This document shows, piece after piece, positions 30,028 through 39,303 of a stretch of 43,462 nucleotides of DNA; position 1 is the stretch's first letter, and each line of letters starts with the position of its first letter. The DNA is taken from contig CAZWUZ010000003.1 in NCBI GenBank assembly GCA_964637655.1, forward strand, positions 1 through 43,462. The letters are read 5' to 3'. A program made the translations under genes and the position numbers. Source of the stretch: an uncultured bacterium (lineage in GTDB: Bacteria > DAOPZR01). Under the pieces are notes generated by a model. It ran no database searches. It was not told the origin of the DNA and worked only from the letters and a program-made list of their open reading frames with translations.

Positions 30028-30030
30028 GGG

Positions 30031-31521
30031 CTACGCCTGCGCGCCCGCCTCGGGACGCATGTGCGGAAAGGCGATCACCTCGCGGATGGTGGTATGCCCG
30101 GTAACCAGCATGACCAGCCGCTCGACCCCGATCCCGAGTCCGCCGGTCGGCGGCATGCCGTACTCGAGCGCGCGGATGTAGTCGGCGTCGAACATCTGCG
30201 CCTCCGCATCACCGGCCGCGCGTTCCGCCTGCTGCTGCGTGAACCGCCGCTGCTGCTCGGCGGGATCGTTGAGTTCGGAGTAGGCGTTGGCCACCTCCAT
30301 ACCGCCGATGTAGAGTTCGAACCGCTCGACGATATCCGGCTGCTGCGGGTCGGACTTGGCGAGCGGCGACAGCGCGCGCGGATAGCCGGTGATAAAGGTC
30401 GGCGCCTGCAGGGTATGTTCGACGGTCAGGTCGAACACCTCGGCGATGAGTTTTTCGCGGCTGTAGCCGGCGAAGCGCTCGACCGCCACCCCCTTCCCCT
30501 GTAAAAACGCGAGCAGTTCCTCCGCGCTCTTCTCCTCCGCACGGAATCCCGCCTGCTCCGCGATGGCGTCGAACAGCGTGAGCCGCCGCCACGGGGCGCT
30601 GATGTCGATTTCCCGGTCATGCCAGGTGATCACCGAGCCGCCGCGTCCCGCCTGCAGCGCCGCGCGCACCAGCGTCTCGCACAGGTCCATCATCACGCCG
30701 TAATCGGCATAGGCCTGGTAGAGTTCGATCATAGTGAACTCGGGGTTGTGCTGCGGGGAGAGCCCCTCGTTGCGGAAGTTGCGCCCCAGTTCATAGACCC
30801 GCTCGAAGCCGCCGACGATGAGCCGCTTGAGGTAGAGTTCGGGCGCGATGCGCAGATAGAGGTCCATATCCAGCGTGTTGTGGTGGGTGATGAACGGGCG
30901 CGCGGCCGCACCGCCCGCGATGCTCTGCATCACCGGGGTCTCGACCTCGAGGAAACCGCGCGCATCGAGTTCGCGGCGCAGTGCCGCCACCACCTGCGCG
31001 CGCGTGCGCAGCGCCGCGCGGGCCGCGTCATTGACAATGAAGTCGACATAGCGCTGGCGGAAACGGGTCTCGATATCGGTCAGTCCGTGCCACTTTTCCG
31101 GCAGCGGGCGCAATCCCTTGGCGAGCAGCGTCAGGGCCGACACCTGCAGCGTCGGCTCGCCCGTGCGGGTGACAAAGCCCGTCCCCGCCACGCCGACATG
31201 GTCGCCGATATCGAGCGTGTCGGTGGCCAGCGCGAACTGCCCGTCCGGCAGCTGCCCCTTCTTGATATAGATCTGCAGGTCGCCGCTGCGGTCGCGCAGG
31301 TGGGCGAAGAGCGCCTTGCCCATGCGCCGCAGCGACATGAGGCGTCCCGCGACGGAAGCCGGCGGGTTGCCCTCAGGCGCCGCGCTGATGGCAGTGCGCA
31401 GCTCCGCTGCCGTGGCGGTCACCGCGTAGCGGTTCGGATACGGATCGACCCCCTGCGCGCGCAGCGCCTCCACTTTTGCCCGCCGGATGGCCAGCAGGTC
31501 GGTAGCCGGTGTGTCGTTCAT
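30031..31521 (-). CDS. lysS: lysine--tRNA ligase (class II)
   Basis: OB fold ([12 protein letters not shown]), [57 protein letters not shown]. Confidence 0.97.
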   Translation of the reverse strand: MNDTPATDLLAIRRAKVEALRAQGVDPYPNRYAVTATAAELRTAISAAPEGNPPASVAGRLMSLRRMGKALFAHLRDRSGDLQIYIKKGQLPDGQFALATDTLDIGDHVGVAGTGFVTRTGEPTLQVSALTLLAKGLRPLPEKWHGLTDIETRFRQRYVDFIVNDAARAALRTRAQVVAALRRELDARGFLEVETPVMQSIAGGAAARPFITHHNTLDMDLYLRIAPELYLKRLIVGGFERVYELGRNFRNEGLSPQHNPEFTMIELYQAYADYGVMMDLCETLVRAALQAGRGGSVITWHDREIDISAPWRRLTLFDAIAEQAGFRAEEKSAEELLAFLQGKGVAVERFAGYSREKLIAEVFDLTVEHTLQAPTFITGYPRALSPLAKSDPQQPDIVERFELYIGGMEVANAYSELNDPAEQQRRFTQQQAERAAGDAEAQMFDADYIRALEYGMPPTGGLGIGVERLVMLVTGHTTIREVIAFPHMRPEAGAQA

Positions 31522-31548
31522 CGGTTATTCTCCTCGCTTCAGGGACGC

Positions 31549-31577
31549 ATTGTACACCGCCGGTGGCCTTCCGTCAA
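31549..31577 (-). promoter_or_regulatory. sigma70-type promoter for lysS
   Basis: TTGACG(31577-31572)-17 bp-TACAAT(31554-31549); GAGGAG RBS. Confidence 0.7.
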
Positions 31578-31610
31578 CGCGCGTACGCGCGCGCGTACGG
31601 GAAACCGCGG

Positions 31611-32438
31611 TCAGCGCACGGGTGTATAGAGTGAGGGATCGTAGCTGGCGAACGGGCGCGGCGCGAGTTCGGCCAGCGAAGAGAAGCGTGCCATGCGGAA
31701 AAAGACCTCGGCCGTGGTCAGGCAGTCGACCCACGACTTGTGGCGCGATACGGGAACGCGGATATGGTTGCGCTTGAGCAGTCCGTCAAGCCGCACCGGC
31801 TCGCCATACAGCTGCTGCCCGATGACAAAGGTGTCGAGTACGGGATTCTCCGGGCGGGGATGCCCGTAGCGGTCGCAGTAGAGATTGATGAAGCCAGCGT
31901 CGAACAGCGCGCGGTGGGCGACGATGAGCGAGTCGCTGATGAATTCGAGGAAGCGGGGGAGCACCGTCTGCGGCGGCGGGGCGTCGCGCAGCAGGTCGGG
32001 ATGGATGCCGTTGACGGCCAGTGACTGCGGATCGAAAAAATCCGTCTGCGGCTTGAGCCGCTGGAAGAACATCCCCTCGACGCGCGGCTGCGCCCCGAGC
32101 CGGTACTTGAGCGCGCCGATCTCGATAATCTCGCCCTGCAGGTTGAGCAGCCCCGAGGTCTCGATGTCGACGATGGTGATGCTGCGGAACGCCTTGAGTG
32201 TGCGTACCGTGCTGAGAAAATGGTCCTCGCTCACCAGGTGCTGATGCGTGCGCGCGAGCGTGCGCCGGCAGCCGGCGCAGACATAGAACGGCTGGCTGTC
32301 CGCCGCGCGGCGCTTCCCGGTGATGACCTGTTTGCACATCATGCGCCCGCCGCAGATGGCGCATTGCGTGCGGGTGCCCAGCTGCAGGTGTTCGCCCAGC
32401 AGGTCGGGCTCGGTGCGGCAGAGTTCGGCGGCGGTCAT
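31611..32438 (-). CDS. DEDDh 3'-5' exonuclease (DnaQ-like) with N-terminal Zn ribbon
   Basis: ExoI VDIETSG, EIIEIGA, ExoII AHRALFD, ExoIII HKSWVD; N-terminal CAICGG...CAGC. Confidence 0.8.
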   Translation of the reverse strand: MTAAELCRTEPDLLGEHLQLGTRTQCAICGGRMMCKQVITGKRRAADSQPFYVCAGCRRTLARTHQHLVSEDHFLSTVRTLKAFRSITIVDIETSGLLNLQGEIIEIGALKYRLGAQPRVEGMFFQRLKPQTDFFDPQSLAVNGIHPDLLRDAPPPQTVLPRFLEFISDSLIVAHRALFDAGFINLYCDRYGHPRPENPVLDTFVIGQQLYGEPVRLDGLLKRNHIRVPVSRHKSWVDCLTTAEVFFRMARFSSLAELAPRPFASYDPSLYTPVR

Positions 32439-34234
32439 GGGTGCCTCCGCGCGGCGCGCACCCCGTCCGGGGTGAAGCCGAAATGGCGCAGGCAGTCGTC
32501 AAACCGGCGGAAGGACGGGCCGAACCACGCCGGGGCCAGCGGTATCACGCGCACGCGCAGCCCAAGCCGGGCAATGAGCGCGCACGCCCATTCATGCAGG
32601 CCGCCGTCGGCACGGTTGTCCTCGATGGTGACCAGTTCCCGCATGCCCGCCAGCCGCTGCCGCCACCAGCCCGTGTCGACGGGCAGTCCGAACACTCCCT
32701 GCACCATGAGATCCCAGGCGCGGAACTCGCGCTCCCGGCGGCAGGCGAGCGCCAGCGCGGTACCCACCGTGCCGCAGGTGAGGAAGCAGCGGGTCGCGGC
32801 ACTGCCGGCGACGAGCGGCCGGTCGAGCCGCGAGGTCTGCGCCGGCAGGGCAAGCGGCAACGGGGTGCGGCGCAGGCGGAAATAGCTGCTGCGTGTCCGC
32901 TGACGCACCGCCCAGCGCACGCACAGGTCCATCTGGGCCGCGGTGACCGGCTCGAACACCGCCAGACCGGGCACCGTGCGCATGAGCGACAGGTCGTTGA
33001 GCGACTGATGCGTCTTGCCGTCAGTGTGATAATCAAGGCCGGCATAATGCCCGGCGTAGATGACGGCGCTTTGTTCCGTCTGGTTGACACAGAGTTGCTC
33101 GTAGGCGCGTTTGTAGAACGACGCGTAGGTATTGACGACCGGCAGCCGGCCGCGCCGCGCCAGCCCCCCGGCGAAACTGACCATGTCCTGCTCGCTGATC
33201 CCCAGCTCCACGAACTGCCCGCGACGCAGCGGCAGGTCCTGCAGGCCGCACGACTTGGCCAGGTCGGCATCGAGCACGACCAGGCGGCGCGAGCGCTGCA
33301 GGTATGGACGCAGCGCCTGCCAGAAAAGGTCGCGCGTCGACGGTACCGCCGGTGGCGGTGCCACGGGTGCGGCCGCCGGCAGCGGCAGGCGGCACCAGCG
33401 CTCGACTTCCGCCTGCAGCGCACGATTACCGCTCAATGCCGCCTGCTCACGCACGAGAGTGCGGTACAGCACATCGTCCGGCACCTGCCCGTGCCACGGC
33501 TGTTTCCCGCGCACCGGGCGCAGGAAGCGCGAGCCCCCCGCCTTCTGCGTGCGCGCGATAACCAGTTTCTGCCCGCGTACCCGCCTGGTCAGCGCCGCGC
33601 GCACCGCGCGGCAGTCATGCCCGTCGATGTCGAGCACCGTGTAGCCCAGCCCGCTGAACACGCGGTGGTAATCGGTTATCCCCTTGACCGACGCGACCGC
33701 CTGCTCGGTCTGGTAGACGTTGGCATCGATGATCACCGTCAGGTTGCGCAGCCGCAGATGGACGACCGTCTGCAGCGCCTCGAAATTCTGCCCTTCCTGC
33801 AGTTCGCCGTCGCCGAGGATGACGTAAAACCGCTCGCGCGGGGCGGCATACGCCATGCCCGCCGCCTTGGAGAGCGCCTGCCCGAGCGACCCGCTGTTGA
33901 CGAGGATGCCCGGGGTGGCGATATCGGTATGCGCCTGCAGTCCGCGCGGCCCGTCCTTGTAGGTGCGCAGCGCGCGCTTGCTGATGACGCCGGTGGCGTA
34001 GAGGCAGGCATACTGCAGCGGGGCGGCATGCCCCTTGGAGAGGATGACGTTCCGCTCACGCAACCCGCAGTAGAGCACGGTAAGCAGTTCCGCGACGGAG
34101 AACGACGCGCCCAGCCAGCCGTGGCGGGCGCCCATGATGCAGGCGAGCGCATTGATGCGGTTGAGCGCGGCACACTGCGCCAGGCGGCGGTTGCCCGCCG
34201 CGGCACGGTAATGGCGCCGGTCAGCGATGAACAT
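32435..34234 (-). CDS. transketolase-like ThDP enzyme (fused N- and C-terminal domains)
   Basis: [14 protein letters not shown], ThDP motif GDGELQEG...[19 protein letters not shown]. Confidence 0.8.
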   Translation of the reverse strand: MFIADRRHYRAAAGNRRLAQCAALNRINALACIMGARHGWLGASFSVAELLTVLYCGLRERNVILSKGHAAPLQYACLYATGVISKRALRTYKDGPRGLQAHTDIATPGILVNSGSLGQALSKAAGMAYAAPRERFYVILGDGELQEGQNFEALQTVVHLRLRNLTVIIDANVYQTEQAVASVKGITDYHRVFSGLGYTVLDIDGHDCRAVRAALTRRVRGQKLVIARTQKAGGSRFLRPVRGKQPWHGQVPDDVLYRTLVREQAALSGNRALQAEVERWCRLPLPAAAPVAPPPAVPSTRDLFWQALRPYLQRSRRLVVLDADLAKSCGLQDLPLRRGQFVELGISEQDMVSFAGGLARRGRLPVVNTYASFYKRAYEQLCVNQTEQSAVIYAGHYAGLDYHTDGKTHQSLNDLSLMRTVPGLAVFEPVTAAQMDLCVRWAVRQRTRSSYFRLRRTPLPLALPAQTSRLDRPLVAGSAATRCFLTCGTVGTALALACRREREFRAWDLMVQGVFGLPVDTGWWRQRLAGMRELVTIEDNRADGGLHEWACALIARLGLRVRVIPLAPAWFGPSFRRFDDCLRHFGFTPDGVRAARRHP

Positions 34235-34263
34235 CGGTTCCCCTCCCAGGGCACAACGCGCCC

Positions 34264-34338
34264 ACCTTATATTCCCGCCGCCATGCCGTCAAGCACGCGG
34301 GACCGGCCGCGCGACCGCGCCGCCCGATATGCTATACT
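34264..34338. promoter_or_regulatory. divergent promoters for the transketolase-like gene (-) and pgi (+)
   Basis: Minus strand: TTGACG(34292-34287)-17 bp-TAAGGT. Plus strand: extended -10 TGcTATACT (34330-34338), with AGGAGG RBS before pgi. Confidence 0.55.
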
Positions 34339-34368
34339 CCCCGCATCTCACCCGCAGGAGGTTTCTCC

Positions 34369-36021
34369 ATGCTCGCCCGCGTCAATCCGACCACTACCGC
34401 CGCCTGGCGGCAGCTGCAGACGCATGCCGCGACCGCGCGGCAGTTCTCGCTGCGCGAACTCTTCGCACAGGACCCGCAGCGCTTCGCGTCATTCTCACGC
34501 CGGCAGGACGGCCTGCTGCTCGATTACTCCAAGAACCTGGTGACCGCGGAGACCATGACATTGCTTATGCGCCTGGCGGAGGAGTGCCGCCTGCGCGAGG
34601 GGATCGACGCGATGTTCCGCGGCGAGCCCATCAACGAAACCGAGGGCCGGGCGGTGCTGCATACCGCGCTGCGCAACCGCAGCGGGGCGCCGGTCATGGT
34701 CAACGGGCAGGACGTGATGCCGGACGTCAACCGCGTACTCGCGCAGATGGAGTCGTTCAGCACGCGCCTGCTCGACGGCACCTGGCGCGGCTATACCGGC
34801 GGGCGCATCACCGACATTGTCAACATCGGCATCGGCGGGTCCGACCTCGGCCCGGTCATGGTAACCGAGGCGCTGCGCCCCTGCTGGCAGCCGGGCATCC
34901 GCGCGCATTTCGTCTCGAATGTCGACGGCACGCATATCGCCGAGACGCTCAGGCGGGTGCGGCCGGAGACAACGCTCTTCCTCGTCGCCTCGAAGACGTT
35001 TACCACGCAGGAGACGATGGCCAACGCGCATACCGCCCGCGCCTGGTTCCTGCAGGCCGCGAAAAGCGAGACGCATATCGCGCAGCACTTCGTCGCGCTG
35101 TCGACCAACACGCCCGCGGTAACCGCCTTCGGCATCGCCCCCGAGAACATGTTCGCCTTCTGGGACTGGGTGGGCGGACGCTACTCGCTCTGGTCGGCCA
35201 TCGGTCTGAGCATCGCCTGTACCGTCGGGTTCGCCAGCTTCCGGCAACTGCTCGACGGCGCCCACGCCATGGACACCCACTTCCGCACCGCGCCGTTTGC
35301 CGACAACCTGCCGGTTATTCTCGCCCTGCTCGGCATCTGGTACAACAATTTCTTCGGGGCGGCATCCCACGCCATCCTCCCCTACGACCAGTACCTGCAT
35401 CGTTTTGCCGCCTACTTCCAGCAGGGTGACATGGAGAGCAACGGCAAGGGAGTGGACCGCGACGGCAACCCCGTCTCCTACGAGACGGGGCCGGTCATCT
35501 GGGGCGAACCGGGAACCAACGGGCAGCACGCCTTCTACCAGCTCATCCATCAGGGGACGAAACTCGTGCCGTGCGATTTCATCGCCCCGGCCGTCTCACA
35601 CAATCCCGTCGACGACCATCACCTGCTGCTGCTGTCGAACTTTTTCGCGCAGACGCAGGCGCTGATGCTGGGCAAAACGCGGGCGGAGGTCGAAGCGGAA
35701 CTGCGCGCGACCGGAAAGACGGAGCAGGAGGTCGCGCGGCTCGCTCCGTTCAAGGTTTTTTCCGGCAACCGCCCGACCAACAGTATTATGGTGAAGCAGG
35801 TGACCCCGTTCACGCTCGGGCAGCTGGTGGCGCTCTACGAGCACAAGATTTTCGTGCAGGGCGTCATCTGGAACATCTTCTCTTTCGATCAGTGGGGGGT
35901 GGAACTGGGCAAGCAGCTGGCCGGCACCATCCTGCCGGCACTGCGCACGACGCAGCCGCCGGCGCAGTTCGATGCGTCCACCAACGGGCTGATCGCAGCG
36001 TGGCAGGAGTGGCGCCGCTGA
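34369..36021 (+). CDS. pgi: glucose-6-phosphate isomerase
   Basis: [72 protein letters not shown]. Confidence 0.97.
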   Translation: MLARVNPTTTAAWRQLQTHAATARQFSLRELFAQDPQRFASFSRRQDGLLLDYSKNLVTAETMTLLMRLAEECRLREGIDAMFRGEPINETEGRAVLHTALRNRSGAPVMVNGQDVMPDVNRVLAQMESFSTRLLDGTWRGYTGGRITDIVNIGIGGSDLGPVMVTEALRPCWQPGIRAHFVSNVDGTHIAETLRRVRPETTLFLVASKTFTTQETMANAHTARAWFLQAAKSETHIAQHFVALSTNTPAVTAFGIAPENMFAFWDWVGGRYSLWSAIGLSIACTVGFASFRQLLDGAHAMDTHFRTAPFADNLPVILALLGIWYNNFFGAASHAILPYDQYLHRFAAYFQQGDMESNGKGVDRDGNPVSYETGPVIWGEPGTNGQHAFYQLIHQGTKLVPCDFIAPAVSHNPVDDHHLLLLSNFFAQTQALMLGKTRAEVEAELRATGKTEQEVARLAPFKVFSGNRPTNSIMVKQVTPFTLGQLVALYEHKIFVQGVIWNIFSFDQWGVELGKQLAGTILPALRTTQPPAQFDASTNGLIAAWQEWRR

Positions 36022-36022
36022 C

Positions 36023-36748
36023 TCAGCGGCAGGAGCGGTCGCACAGCAGGCGCAGGTGCGCGAAAAGATTCGGCAGCACGCGCATCTTGCTCGGGCCGGG
36101 TTTGCGCCCGTAGCGGTAGACATGCGGCACTTCCGCGACGGTGGCCCCGGCGCGACAGCAGAGCGCGAGCAATTCGATATTGGCGGCAAACCCCGCCTGG
36201 CGGAAAGTCACCGCGGTGACTGACGGAAACGCCCGCTGCAGCAGCGCCACCCGGTAGCAGCGGAAAAAAATCGTGTAATCAGTGACGCCCGGCAGGCGCC
36301 AGACGAGACGGAAGAGCCGGTTGGCCACGAGTGAGAGCAGGCGGCGCCGCAGCGGGAAATCCCGGTAGGCACCGCCACGCACATGCCGCGAGGCGATAAC
36401 CACGTCGTCACCCGCCGCCCCGCGGGTCAGCAGCGCGGGGAGCAGCTGCGCCTCCGAGGTCTGGTCCGCCTCCATCAGCACCAGCAGATCGTCAGCGGTC
36501 GCCTGCGCCAGGATATGCCGCAGCCCGGCGGCAAACGCCGCGGGAATGCCTGACGGCGGCTGCGTGAGCACGGTCACGTCGTCACCCGCCGCCCGCGCCC
36601 GGGCGGCCGTCGCATCGCGGCTGCCGTCATCAACCACCACGAATGCGGGCACCATGCCCGCGCCGCGAATCTGCTCCCGCGCCGCGGCAATCACCCCGGC
36701 AATGACCGCCTCCTCGTCACGCGCCGGCAACAGTACCCAGACCGTCAC
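36023..36748 (-). CDS. GT2 glycosyltransferase (polyprenol-phosphate glycosyltransferase-like)
   Basis: LLPARDEE, VVDDGSRDAT, EAD in the DxD position, DVVIASRH..GG, R..G.SK. Confidence 0.85.
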   Translation of the reverse strand: MTVWVLLPARDEEAVIAGVIAAAREQIRGAGMVPAFVVVDDGSRDATAARARAAGDDVTVLTQPPSGIPAAFAAGLRHILAQATADDLLVLMEADQTSEAQLLPALLTRGAAGDDVVIASRHVRGGAYRDFPLRRRLLSLVANRLFRLVWRLPGVTDYTIFFRCYRVALLQRAFPSVTAVTFRQAGFAANIELLALCCRAGATVAEVPHVYRYGRKPGPSKMRVLPNLFAHLRLLCDRSCR

Positions 36749-37953
36749 CGGCAGCGCTCCACGACCGCGCGGCAGCCGGCAGCGATACGCGCCAGGTCGG
36801 CCCCGGTGAGTTCCTCGTGCAGCGGCAGGTGCACCGCCCGGCGAAAGAGGGCGGCACTGTGCGGGCAGGCGGCCGGCGGCACGACCAGCGGAGCGCAGTC
36901 GTCGGCAATTTCCGGGCCGCTACCGCAGTCGATGCCGTGGCGCAGCAGCACCTGCCGCGCCCGCACAGCGTCGGTACACCCGGCAAAGGTGACGACGAGA
37001 AAATAGTGATTGACCACGGCGGTCGCCGGCGCCTGCTGGCGCTGCACCCCCGAAGGGAGGAGCGCGAACAGTGACGCGGCGACCGTCCGCCGCCGCGCGT
37101 CACGCGCCGCCAGTTCCTGCAGGTGCTGCAGGCCGAGCGCCGCCTGCGCATCGCTGTAGCGCGTCGCCTGCGGCCGCTCGCGCGCCTGCCGCGCGCGGTA
37201 GAGCGCGTTGACCAGCCGGGTCGTCAGCGGCCAGTAGAACGACCAGGCGAACAGCGGGAAGAGTGGCGAAGCGAGCAGCGCCCGCTCCCGCGCTGCCGCC
37301 CGTATCTTGCGCTGCAGCTGCTCCGTGCGCAGCGGCAATGCCGCCACCGCCGCGCGCAGGCGTGCCGCCAGCGCGTCGTCATCGGTGACAATCATGCCGC
37401 CACCAAAGGTGTTGACCGGCTTGGTCAGTTCGAAACTGTAGAAGGCGGCCGTGCCGCCGCCGCCGCACGGCACCCCGTCCAGCGACGCGCCCAGCGCATG
37501 CGCGCAGTCCTCGACCACCGGGATACTGCCCGCAGCGGCGATGATCCCGCGGAGGTCGCAGGGGGCGCCGAACAGGTGCGTGGCGATGACCAGTTTCGTG
37601 CGCGGCGTAAGCGCGGCCGCCAGCGTTGCCGGGGTCATCTGGTACGTGTCCGGATCGATGTCCGCGACGCGCGGCACATAGCCGGCCCGCTGCAGCAGCA
37701 GCACGAGATCCTTGAGCGTGTAGGCGGGAAAGACCACCTCGTCGCCCGGCTGCAGGCCGAGCGCGGCGCAGAGCAGTTCCAGCCCGTGGCGGCCGCTGGC
37801 GACGGCGATGCCGTGGCGGCGGCCGGCCTGCTGCGCCACCACGCGCTCGAATGCGGCCACCGTCGCGCCATCCTGCGGTTGCCGGGCGAGCGCCGCCGCC
37901 ATATCCCACTGTCCCGGCACGGTGCGCGTGTAGCGGCGGCAGAGCATGCTCAT
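36745..37953 (-). CDS. DegT/DnrJ/EryC1/StrS-family PLP sugar aminotransferase
   Basis: GDEVVFPAYT, ATHLFG, EDCAHALG, YSFELTK (PLP Lys), GGGMI. Confidence 0.85.
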   Translation of the reverse strand: MSMLCRRYTRTVPGQWDMAAALARQPQDGATVAAFERVVAQQAGRRHGIAVASGRHGLELLCAALGLQPGDEVVFPAYTLKDLVLLLQRAGYVPRVADIDPDTYQMTPATLAAALTPRTKLVIATHLFGAPCDLRGIIAAAGSIPVVEDCAHALGASLDGVPCGGGGTAAFYSFELTKPVNTFGGGMIVTDDDALAARLRAAVAALPLRTEQLQRKIRAAARERALLASPLFPLFAWSFYWPLTTRLVNALYRARQARERPQATRYSDAQAALGLQHLQELAARDARRRTVAASLFALLPSGVQRQQAPATAVVNHYFLVVTFAGCTDAVRARQVLLRHGIDCGSGPEIADDCAPLVVPPAACPHSAALFRRAVHLPLHEELTGADLARIAAGCRAVVERCR

Positions 37954-39293
37954 TTGCCCACGCAGAACGTGGCGAAGACGCGGTCGAGATACGCCTCCGG
38001 CGTCGCCGTGGTGCCGGTCAGTTCGTCACGCAGTGCCAGCGCCTCGCGCAACGTCACCAGCAGGCAGGCGGCATCGGCAGCGTCGTCGGCCACGGCGCTG
38101 TGCAACAGCAGGGCGAGACGCTGCACCAGCTCCTGCTGGCGCGCGGTAATCGCGCCCGGCAGTTCCGGGTCATCGTCAGGCGCCTGCAGGCGGGCGGCCA
38201 GCGCGTCAAGCAGCGCGTCGATGCCGGCACCGGTGCGCGCGGAGACCGCCAGCGGTCCGTCCGCGGCAGGTGCCGGCCAGGCGTCCGGCAGATCGACCTT
38301 GTTGCGTACGACCAGCGCTTCCGGCAGCAGGGCGCGGCGGTCGGCAAAATCCGCGGGCGGCGGCACGCTGCCGTCGAGCACCAGCAGCACCTGCTGCGCC
38401 GCACCAACCGCGTCGCGGCGGCGGGTTTCCGCGGCGCTGGCGCACGCGTCGCCATCCGCGCTCCACCCGGCGGTGTCGATCAGGGTCACGGGAATGCCGT
38501 GCAGGTCGATGTCGCCGCGTACCGGGTCGCGCGTGGTCCCCGCCAGCGGGGTGACAATCGCGCGCTCCTCGTCGAGCAGGCGGTTGAAGAGCGACGACTT
38601 GCCCGCGTTGGGCGGCCCGGTCAGCGCAACCGTCGCCCCGGTAAACGTGCGCAACGTGCGCTCGCCGCGCGCCGCCGCCGCCGCAAGATCAGCCGCCAGC
38701 CGGGCCAGCCGCGCCCGCCAGTCAGCCGCCACGGACGCTTCCCCCTCGTCGATATCGAGCAGATACGTCAGTTCCGTGCGCAGCGCGTCCAGTTCCGCGC
38801 CCGCCCGCGCCAGCCACCGGCCCCAGGCCCCGCCATGCTGCGCGGCGGCCAGCGTCAGTGCCGTGCGGCTGCGCGCGGCGACGAGCGCCGCCACCGCCTC
38901 CGCCTGCGTCAGGTCGAGCCGGCCGCAGCGGAAGGCGCGCCGGGTGAATTCGCCCGGCGGCGCGGGGCGGGCGCCGGCGGCGAGCACCGCGTCGAGCACC
39001 GCCTGCAGCGCGGCACCGCCGCCGTGGCATTGCAGTTCAGCGACATCCTCGCCGGTATAGGAATGCGGCGCGCGCATCACCAGCAGCAGCACCTGGTCGA
39101 GAGTGCGGTCGCCCAGCACCAGGTGCCCGACATGCAGCGTATGGTTGGGTACGGCGGTGTAGCCGGGAAAGGCGCGGTGGCGGAAAACCGCGTCGACGAC
39201 CGCGGCGGTGGCGGGACCCGAGATACGGACGATGCCGACCGCGCCGGCGGCGAGACCGGTGGCAACAGCGGCGATGGTCTCGCCCGTCGCCAT
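37950..39293 (-). CDS. mnmE: tRNA modification GTPase MnmE (divergent)
   Basis: TIAAVAT, IVRISG, PHSYTGEDVAELQCHGG, GEFTRRAF, DLTQAEA, GPPNAGKSS, GTTRD, DTAG, NKVD, C-terminal FCVGK. Confidence 0.92.
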   Translation of the reverse strand: MATGETIAAVATGLAAGAVGIVRISGPATAAVVDAVFRHRAFPGYTAVPNHTLHVGHLVLGDRTLDQVLLLVMRAPHSYTGEDVAELQCHGGGAALQAVLDAVLAAGARPAPPGEFTRRAFRCGRLDLTQAEAVAALVAARSRTALTLAAAQHGGAWGRWLARAGAELDALRTELTYLLDIDEGEASVAADWRARLARLAADLAAAAARGERTLRTFTGATVALTGPPNAGKSSLFNRLLDEERAIVTPLAGTTRDPVRGDIDLHGIPVTLIDTAGWSADGDACASAAETRRRDAVGAAQQVLLVLDGSVPPPADFADRRALLPEALVVRNKVDLPDAWPAPAADGPLAVSARTGAGIDALLDALAARLQAPDDDPELPGAITARQQELVQRLALLLHSAVADDAADAACLLVTLREALALRDELTGTTATPEAYLDRVFATFCVGK

Positions 39294-39303
39294 CAGCGGG
39301 CGG

